A DNA stretch of 64,000 nt from an uncultured delta proteobacterium. Its GTDB lineage: Bacteria > Desulfobacterota > WTBG01 > CAIYCZ01 > CAIRTM01. The stretch is taken from contig CAWDSQ010000001.1 of NCBI GenBank assembly GCA_963804955.1, positions 17,879 to 81,878 of the forward strand. Direction: 5' to 3'. This document shows positions 51,278 to 58,477 of this stretch, in pieces (position 1 is the stretch's first letter; every line of letters starts with the position of its first letter). Both the position numbers and the translations under genes were made by a program. The notes beneath the pieces are model-generated. The model did not search any database, was not told where the DNA came from, and was given only the letters and a program-made list of their open reading frames with translations.

Positions 51278-52002
51278 ATGCGCTGTGCCATTGTCATTCC
51301 CGTCTATAATCATGAAGCCACGGTCGCCGAAGTGGTGCGGCAAAGCCTCGCACTGGGCTATCCCGTAATTGTCGTTGATGACGGTTCAACAGACAGCACC
51401 TATGAACGGATCAGGGATATTCCGTGCCGTCACCATTCTGCGGCATGCGCAGAACCGGGGCAAGGGAGCAGCGCTGCTTACGGGGTTTGCTCGAAGCAGC
51501 AAAAAACGCCGACTGGGCTGCAACCCTGGATGCCGATGGCCAGCACCGGCCCGAAGACCTGCCGCTACTGCTTGCCGCGGTGCCTGAAGGCAAGCGGCCC
51601 ATCGTGGTGGGCCGGCGCGAGGGCATGCAGGCTGAGCATGTGCCCTGGGCAAGCAGGTTCGGCAGAAAATTTTCAAATTTCTGGGTGCAGGCATCGGGCG
51701 GCCCTGCCATTTCCGATACGCAGAGCGGCATGCGCCTCTACCCGCTGCCGGAAACGATTAACCTGCCGGTGCGGGCGCGCCGGTTTCAGTTCGAGGTTGA
51801 GGTCCTGGTAAAGGCGCGCTGGTACGGCGTGCCTGTGGTGGAAGCGCCTATTCATGTCTCCTATGCCCCGAAAGGCGAGCGCATTTCCCATTACCGTGGC
51901 TTTGTCGATTCCATGAGAAACTCGGCAGCATTTACGCGTCTTATTTTCGGGCGGTTTTTCTTTCTGCCTTTTATCCGCTTCAGGCGGAAGGCTTCATGGT
52001 GA
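51278..52002 (+). pseudogene. GT2 glycosyltransferase; two frameshifts (~51420, ~51485)
   Basis: MRCAIVIPVYNHEATVAEVV...VIVVDDGSTDST, then VTILRHAQNRGKGAALLTGF, then ADWAATLDADGQHRPEDL...SDTQSGMRLYP...FEVEVLV. Confidence 0.8.
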
Positions 52003-52006
52003 GGGT

Positions 52007-55000
52007 ATGAAGAAACGCTATGCTCTGCGCTGGTCACTGGCCGGGCTGATACTGCTTTCAGTCACAGGGTTTTTTATTGCAGGTATCTATCGCCTTCAGT
52101 TTTCAACCGATATGCTTGCAGCGCTGCCGCAGGATGATCCCGTGCTGGCAGATGCCCGCTATGTGCTCATGCACAATCCGGCACTGGAAAAAATTGTCAT
52201 CGACATAAGCCTTGCCCGTGAGGATATGGCGCTGCTGACCGAATGCGCTGCTTTTGTTGAAGCGCGGCTGCGGAAAAGCGGCCTTTTCAAACAGGTAGGC
52301 TTAGAGCATATGACCAAGCTCATGCCCGGTTTTTTGCAGTATGCCGCGGAGGGTCTGCCGGTGCTGTTCAGCGAGCGCGAGCTGACAGAAGAAGTGGCGC
52401 CCCTGCTGTCACCCGACAAGGTGCGCGCGGCGCTGGCTGCCCATCTTGCCGGTTTAAGCGGCCTTGAGGGTATCGGTCAGGCAGAGCTTATGGCGGGCGA
52501 CCCTTTGAACCTGCGAAATCTTGTGCTGAGCCGCATGGCCGGTTTAATTCCTGTCAAGAATGCCCGGTTCGTGAAGGGGCAGCTCATGTCAGGCGACGGC
52601 AGGCACCTGCTTATCATTGCCGAGCCCGCAGGCCCGGGCACTGATACGGCCTTTGCCCGCAGGCTTGATGCTTTGATGCAGCAGACCGCCGGTGAGGTTG
52701 AGGCCCGCTATGGCGCTGAAAATGCCGTGACGCTGACCCCGGTCGGCTCCTACCGAACGTCCCTTGACAATGAGGAGAATGCAAAGCGCACTGTGCAGCG
52801 GGCCACGCTCTTTTCAACCGTGGCCGTTGCACTGTTGCTGCTGTGCGCATTTCCCCGGCCTTTGATCGGGCTTCTGGCGCTGCTGCCCGCTTTTGCCGGA
52901 ACCATGTTTGCGGTTTTTGTCTATTCTCTTTTCAATACTTCCATCTCTCTTCTGGCTGTGGGTTTCGGCGGCGCCATCGTTTCATTTACCGTTGATTACG
53001 GCATTGCCTATCTGCTTTTTCTCGACCGTTGTCACGAGACCAAGGGCTTCGAAGCATCCCGCGAGGTCTGGTCCCTCGGTCTTATCGCCATGCTCACCAC
53101 TGCCGTCAGCTTTGCGGCTCTCAGTCTGAGCGGTTTCCCGGCCCTTGCCGAGATAGGGCTGTTCAGCGCCCTGGGCGTAGTTTTTACCTATATTTTCGTC
53201 CACGCCATATTCCCCCTCGTATTTGCCCGCATGCCTGCCGCAGGCCATGAGCCTTTCGTGCCTCTGCAGGCTTTTGTGAACATACTCGCTTCATCCCGCA
53301 CCAGCTGGAAAGCACCTGCAGCAATCGCCTTCGGCATCGCTATGCTTTTTTTTGCCCGGCCTGATTTTCATATTGATCTCACCGCGCTCAATGCAGCGAC
53401 CCCGCAAACACGTGCAGCGGAAAAGCTTGTGCAGCAGGTCTGGGGCGATGTTACCGGCAGCATGCAGCTCATGCTGGAGGCAGGCTCCAGGGATGAGCTT
53501 GCCCGCCGCGGCGACCGGGTATCTCGCATGCTGCAGGCCGAGATAGCCGGCGGCGCGGTGCAGCCCTGCTTCCTTCCTTCGTCGCTGCTTCCCGGGGCGG
53601 AGGTTCGCCGGGAAAATTTTGCCGCCTGGCAGCGCTTCTGGAGCACAGAGCGCATTGCCGGCCTTGAAGCAGCCGTCGGTGCGGCATCGCGCGATCTCGG
53701 GTTTGCTCCCGATGCTTTTGCGCCTTTTTTTGCCATGCTTGCCAGCCCCGCCATGCCGCAGGCTTCAATGCCCGATGAGCTTTGCGCTTTGCTTGGCATA
53801 GCACAGGATGCAGAGGCCGGCATCTGGCGGCAGGTGCTCACGCTTGCGCCCGGTTCATCATATGCCGCAGATGATTTCTACAGCCGCATTTCCGCTGACG
53901 CTGCAGCGCGGCTGTTTGACCCTGCTCTTTTCAGCCAGAGACTGGGGACGGTGCTCCTGTCGGGGTTTCTAAAAATGGCGCTCATTGTCGGCCTGGTAAC
54001 GGTACTGGTCGCGCTTTTATTTTTTATGGACTGGCAGCTTACCCTGCTTGGTATTGCGCCGACGGTGTTTGCCCTCATCTGCACACTGGGCACTCTTGAA
54101 ACTTATGGGCCAGCCTCTGGGCATCCCCACGCTCATGGTGGCTGTCGTGGTTATCGGCATGGGCACGGACTATGCGCTGTATTTAATCCGCGCCTATCAG
54201 CGCTATTGTGATGAAGCCAATGCCTCCCTCGGTCTTATCCGCCTGTCGGTTTTTCTCTCGTTTGCCACCACGCTGCTTGGCTTTGGCGTGCTTGCCGTGT
54301 GCGATAATCCCATGCTCAAAAGCGCCGGCCTCGGGCTTGCCCTTGGCATCGGCTATTCATTCATCGGCGCTGTCACCATTGTGCCGCCGGTATTAAAGCG
54401 GCTGTTTGCGCCTGCGCGTTTTCCTGACGAAACGGTTCAGGCCGGCTCGCGGCGGCACTTTCAGAGGTTTATCAGCCATTACCGGCATATGGAGTCATAC
54501 CCTCGGTTCTTTGCCCGCTTCAAGGTCCTGTGTGATCCCATGTTCCCCCGGCTTGCGGATTTTTTGCATGCACCGCGCACAGTCATTGATATCGGCACCG
54601 GCTATGGCGTGCCTGCGGTCTGGCTGCTTGAGCTGTTTCCGGATTTAAAAGTATATGGCATCGAGCCGGATGCACGAAGGGTGCGCTTTGCCAGCCGCGC
54701 CATTGGCGGGCGCGGGCTCGGTACAGGTGGGCCGGGCGCCTGATGTCCCCGATGCGCCAGGGCCTGCCGATGCAGCGCTGCTGCTTGATATGCTCCACTA
54801 TATAACCGATGATGAAGTGCGGCTCACGCTTTCGCGCCTGCGTGAAAAGCTGCGCCCCGGCGCACAGCTCATTGTGCGGGTAACCATTCCCCTGCATGAG
54901 CGCGCATCAGTGCTGCGCTTTGTTGAAACAACACGCCTGAAGATACTGGGCATTGCGTCGTATTTGCGCACGGCGCAGCAGGTGCGCGCACTTATTACGG

Positions 55001-55077
55001 ATGCGGGCTTTACCATCACCTGTGAAGAGCCAACTGCCCAGGGTAGTGAAATTATCTGGTTTATTGCTGAAAAATAA
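52007..55077 (+). pseudogene. MMPL/RND-superfamily lipid exporter fused in frame to a C-terminal class I SAM methyltransferase domain; two frameshifts (~54098, ~54710)
   Basis: There are about 12 TM spans with two large loops (52007-54400). Across the first frameshift the text reads ...ICTLGTL, then KLMGQPLGIPTLMVAVVVIGMGTDYALY. There is no stop before ...HYRHMESYPRFFARFKVLCDPMFPRL...VIDIGTGYGVPAVWLLELFPDLKVYGIEPD (SAM motif I) ...LLDMLHYITDDE...LRPGAQLIVRV. Confidence 0.7.
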
Positions 55078-55080
55078 AAG

Positions 55081-55260
55081 ATTCACCGCAGAGACGCAAA
55101 GAGCGCAAAGGGTTAATGCTTTTTGTTTTTCGCTGAGAGAGCAAAAAACAAAAAAAGTGCACTTTTCGGCAAATGAGGCGATGTCTTTCCCTTTGTGCCT
55201 TCTCAGCAAAAAAGGAAAGACATATCTTCACTCTGCGGCCTCCGCGCCTCTGCGGTGAAT
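55081..55260. repeat. MITE-like element with terminal inverted repeats
   Basis: ATTCACCGCAGAG (55081-55093) and CTCTGCGGTGAAT (55248-55260) form a perfect 13-nt TIR. Similarity extends to about 24 of 31 nt. An internal 10-bp hairpin ATGTCTTTCC/GGAAAGACAT is also present. Confidence 0.7.
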
Positions 55261-55283
55261 TTATGCGTAAGAAAATTTTTTGA

Positions 55284-55379
55284 GGTTGGGTTAAGCCCGG
55301 GAAATCCGTTGGGTTTCGTACCTCAATCCATACAGATAACGGTCTTATTAAAACCCATATTCTTAAGGGCGAACCCAAC
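55284..55379. repeat. Second palindromic intergenic element (GGTTGGGTTAAGCCC ... GGGCGAACCCAAC)
   Basis: Its ends are inverted repeats. The left-end 17-mer GGTTGGGTTAAGCCCGG is identical to 36813-36829. Confidence 0.6.
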
Positions 55380-55396
55380 AAATCAACGTATGAGAT

Positions 55397-56296
55397 TATG
55401 ACAGACCTTTTCTACCGCTGCCTGATGTTTGTCTCCGGCTTCACCGGCGCCTGGCTGTTTAAAGCCGGGGCCTGGTGGGTTGCAACGGGCTATTTCTTTC
55501 TGTTTCCGCAGCGGGTTCGGCACGAGCATCAATTTCTATAAAGCGCTTTTCCCTGTGCGCGGATTTTTCTATCATCTCTTCTGCGCCTGGCGTCAGTTTC
55601 ACAATTTCACCACGATCTTTCTCGACCGCTGGCTTGCCCGCAACCCGGGCAGCATCACCTTTTCGCAGGAGGGCCGGGAGCATATTGAAAAGATCGCATG
55701 TGACGGAACCGGCGGCATTATGCTCATGTCGCATCTTGGCAACTGGGAGCTTGGGGCGAGCTATCTTGGGAGCCGCACTGACGGGCCTGCCATAAAACTT
55801 CTTCTGTATCTGGGGGAAAAGCAGGGCGAGCAGATCGAGGGGCTGCAGAAAAAGGACCTTGCCCTGCAGGGCGTGAAGATCATCGCCACAAAGCAGGGCG
55901 AAGCCTCACCCTTTGACCTTGTGGAGGGAGTGCGCTTTATAAAAGAAGGCGGCTTTGTCTCCATGACCGGCGACCGCCTGTGGAGCGCTGCCCAGCGCTC
56001 GGTTGCAGTGAAGTTTTTAGGCCGCGAGGCCCGCATACCCGAGGCACCGTTTCAGTTTGCCCTGCTCTCAGGCGCACCGCTCATTATCTTTTTTGTGAAC
56101 CGCCTGGGCAACGGCAGATACCATTCCACGCTCTTCCCGCCGTATTGCGGTTGCGGCAGCATCCCGCAGCGAGCGCGCGGAAGCCATTCGCAAGGCTGCG
56201 CAGCAGTATGCCGATATCCTGGAGACCATGGTGCGGCGGTATCCCTTTGAGTGGTATCACTTCGAGCGGTTTATTGAGCCGGGGGGTAGTGAATAA
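55397..56296 (+). pseudogene. Lysophospholipid/lipid A-type acyltransferase (LpxL/HtrB family); frameshifts near 55518 and at 56147
   Basis: MTDLFYRCLMFVSGFTGAWLF...FLFPQRVR, then TSINFYKALFP...GGIMLMSHLGNWELG (H-x4-E/D acyltransferase motif)...FVSMTGDR...IPEAPFQFALLSGAPLIIFF. After an extra G at 56147 the correct frame reads VAAASRSERAEAIRKAAQQYADILETMVRRYPFEWYHFERFIEPGGSE*. Confidence 0.75.
56020..56278 (+). repeat. Direct repeat copy 1 (3' end of the acyltransferase gene)
   Basis: 56034-56278 aligns with 57857-58100. By hand alignment there are 9 substitutions and one 1-nt indel. Weaker similarity extends ~15 nt further upstream. Confidence 0.85.
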
Positions 56297-56329
56297 CGGC
56301 GCCCTTGAGTTTTTCCGTTTTTTGGGTTA

Positions 56330-56895
56330 GTGGCCTTCACATTTGATTTTGCAGGCCCCCTCACCCCAACCCTCTCCCACCAGAGGCTGTGTCACAATAC
56401 CGTTTTTGGTAGTCGCAAGCTTCAGCTTGCGTTTGTTGGCACATGGAATGTCAATACGTTACGCAGGCTGAAGCCTGCGGCTACCTCCACAATTATGCAC
56501 TGCGACACAGTCTCCCAGGGGAGAGGGAGCCAACAATTTTCCCCTCCCACCAGAGGCTGTGTCATAATTAGTTTTGTACTGTCATTTCGAATCCGCCGCA
56601 GGCGGTGAGAAATCTTAAGGCTTTGATTTTGCTTCAGGCAAAGATCTCTCCCTTTGGTCGAGATGACATCATTTTTTAATTGCGATACAATCTCTGAGAG
56701 GAGGGTGATCGCAACTGATAATTTTAAATGTGATGATCCACTAGTGAGCCTTCACATTTAAAAGCATCAGTTGCAGGCACTTTCCATCTAATACCCAATA
56801 CTTGTGAATTAAGGATTCCTTCTCTCCTTGAGGGGAGAAGGTCAGGATGAGGGGTGATATAAATCAAAGGTGAAACCCCTGTAGGTTTCAGGGGG
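56330..56895. repeat. ORF-free patch of stacked short palindromes and direct repeats
   Basis: An exact 21-nt direct repeat CTCCCACCAGAGGCTGTGTCA lies at 56374-56394 and 56544-56564. Hairpins include CGCAAGCT-tc-AGCTTGCG and CGCAGGCT-ga-AGCCTGCG, and GTCATTTCGAATCCGCCGCAGGCGG... / ...GGTCGAGATGAC type modules. GCCTTCACATTT occurs twice. Confidence 0.65.
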
Positions 56896-56930
56896 TTGAC
56901 AAAAATAGTGTAACCATATATAGTTACACT
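56896..56930 (+). promoter_or_regulatory. hicAB promoter with operator palindrome; predicts a leaderless or near-leaderless hicA mRNA
   Basis: TTGACA (56896-56901), a 17-nt spacer, then TATAGT (56919-56924). The ATG is at 56931, only 6 nt after the -10 box. A perfect inverted repeat AGTGTAAC (56907-56914) / GTTACACT (56923-56930) spans the -10 box. Confidence 0.55.
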
Positions 56931-57182
56931 ATGAGCATAGAAGAAAAACTGCTGGCAAAAATTCGCAATAATCCTGATGGCATATCATTTAAAGAGCTGT
57001 GTTCGGCCCTCGGACATTGCGGCTGGGTGCTCGATCATCAAACCGGAAGTCATTTAATATGGCATTCGCCCGCCGGGTTCAGATTGCCGTTGCAAAAGCG
57101 GCCCGACGGCAAGGCCAAGGGTTATCAGGTGAAGCAATTTATCGACCAGTACGCAAGGGAGACAGGTAATGAAAAAAAGTAG
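56931..57182 (+). CDS. hicA: HicA-family toxin (mRNA interferase)
   Basis: 83 aa: ...ISFKELCSALGHCGWVLDHQTGSHLIWHSPAGFRLPLQKRPDGKAKGYQVKQFI. It has the G-S-H core and basic C-terminus typical of HicA/YcfA. It overlaps hicB by 14 nt. Confidence 0.75.
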   Translation: MSIEEKLLAKIRNNPDGISFKELCSALGHCGWVLDHQTGSHLIWHSPAGFRLPLQKRPDGKAKGYQVKQFIDQYARETGNEKK

Positions 57183-57516
57183 ATTCGACGGCTACAGTGT
57201 AAACCTTTACCAGGATGAGGACGACGACTGGCTGGCGCATTTCATAGAGCTGCCCAATGTGTCAGCCTTTGCGGATTCCCCGGAAGGCGCATTGAAAGAG
57301 CTTGAAACGGCATGGGAAGGCGTCAAAAAAAGCTACCGCAAGCATGGTGAGCCTGTGCCTGTTGCGCCATCACGCAGAAAGTACAGTGGGCAGTTTAATG
57401 TACGGATCAACAAGACGCTGCATCGGGCTCTGGCTGTGGAGGCTGTACGTGAGGGCGTGAGCCTGAATGCACTGGTAGCGAAAAAGCTAGAGCTGGCTGC
57501 GATGACGCCGCGGTAA
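57169..57516 (+). CDS. hicB: HicB-family antitoxin with C-terminal ribbon-helix-helix
   Basis: YSVNLYQDEDDDWLAHFIELPNVSAFADSPEGALKELETAWEGV...YSGQFNVRINKTLHRALAVEAVREGVSLNALVAKKL. Confidence 0.8.
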   Translation: MKKSRFDGYSVNLYQDEDDDWLAHFIELPNVSAFADSPEGALKELETAWEGVKKSYRKHGEPVPVAPSRRKYSGQFNVRINKTLHRALAVEAVREGVSLNALVAKKLELAAMTPR

Positions 57517-57541
57517 TAACAGTCAGGCATACGCGGGGTAG

Positions 57542-57835
57542 GTGGAACCCAACACTACAGAATATATGAAAAAGAAAAAACCGGCACGAACCAGCCGTGA
57601 GTTCGATCAACGCTTTGATGATGGCGAAGATATTCACGATCTTCTGAACATGTCAAAGGCCGCCAACATCAATCATGGCAAAAAGGTCAGAATCACCCTT
57701 GATATGGCCGAATCGCTTGTCAAAGAGATTGACGAAATTCGGGCACGAATCGGCGTTGACCGTGGTGCCCTTATAAAGATATGGCTGTACGAAAAGATAC
57801 AGTCTGAAAAAGCCCTGAAGTCTGCCGGGTTGTAG
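57542..57835 (+). CDS. BrnA/CopG-like antitoxin-family protein (orphan; no BrnT-like partner seen)
   Basis: ...FDQRFDDGEDIHDLLNMSKAANINHGKKVRITLDMAESLVKEIDEIRARIGVDRGALIKIWLYEKI follows the BrnA pattern: D..EDI...LD.S.A, then V.VD.P..M...LD.EA.R.GV.R...IK.WL. The start is possibly the ATG at 57566. Confidence 0.6.
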   Translation: MEPNTTEYMKKKKPARTSREFDQRFDDGEDIHDLLNMSKAANINHGKKVRITLDMAESLVKEIDEIRARIGVDRGALIKIWLYEKIQSEKALKSAGL

Positions 57836-57845
57836 GGCCGGGAGG

Positions 57846-58124
57846 GTGGTGAGGATCATCCCCGAGGCACCGTTTCAGTTTGCCCTGCTCTCAGGCGCAC
57901 CGCTCATTATCTTTTTTGTGAACCGCCTGGGCAACGGCAGATACCATTCCACGCTCTTCCCGCCATATTCGGTTGCGGCAGCATCCCGCAGCGCGCGCGC
58001 GGAAGCCATCCGCCAGGCCGCGCAGCAGTATGCCGATATCCTGGAGACCATGGTGAGGCGGTATCCCTTTGAGTGGTATCACTTTGAGCGGCTTATTGAG
58101 GTAAGCGGCGGACATACTTCGTGA
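57846..58124 (+). pseudogene. Direct repeat copy 2: detached duplicate of the acyltransferase C-terminus (92-codon ORF)
   Basis: IPEAPFQFALLSGAPLIIFFVNRLGNGRYHSTLFPPYSVAAASRSARAEAIRQAAQQYADILETMVRRYPFEWYHFERLIE is nearly identical to the end of the 55397 gene. It lacks the catalytic N-terminal part. Confidence 0.8.
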
Positions 58125-58477
58125 ATCCACATCACGATCTGTCATGCCGCGCAAAAAAGTAAAAATTTTTTAACGCCAAAACAGGCACTTGAATTTTTTG
58201 TAGACAAGCACTGGCGCAAAATGTAGTTATCAAGAGAACAAAGAGGAACAGCGCTTTAATCTTAAAGTTCCCTAGCATATACCACCATTTTACCCGGCAC
58301 CGTTTGTTATGGTTTCCAGATTGAGGTTAAGGAAATCAGGTTTTTTAAAAAGGAACTGGTCTCATAAACTTGATTAGTGATTGAAAGCTTAGAGGGAAGA
58401 CAAAAGTCGGAAGGGGGAACTTCACGGCATACTCTCCTCAGGTCGTAGGGCAATTGTTGCTTTAAGGATAACAAAAC

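Noticed and set aside
58171-58200. Similarity between 58171-58200 and 60671-60700 (ACGCCAAAACAG... upstream of two large genes)
   Set aside because: Only a 12-nt exact core, with about 20 of 26 matches overall. Exact 12-mers are expected many times by chance in 64 kb, and no extended similarity was seen in the flanks.
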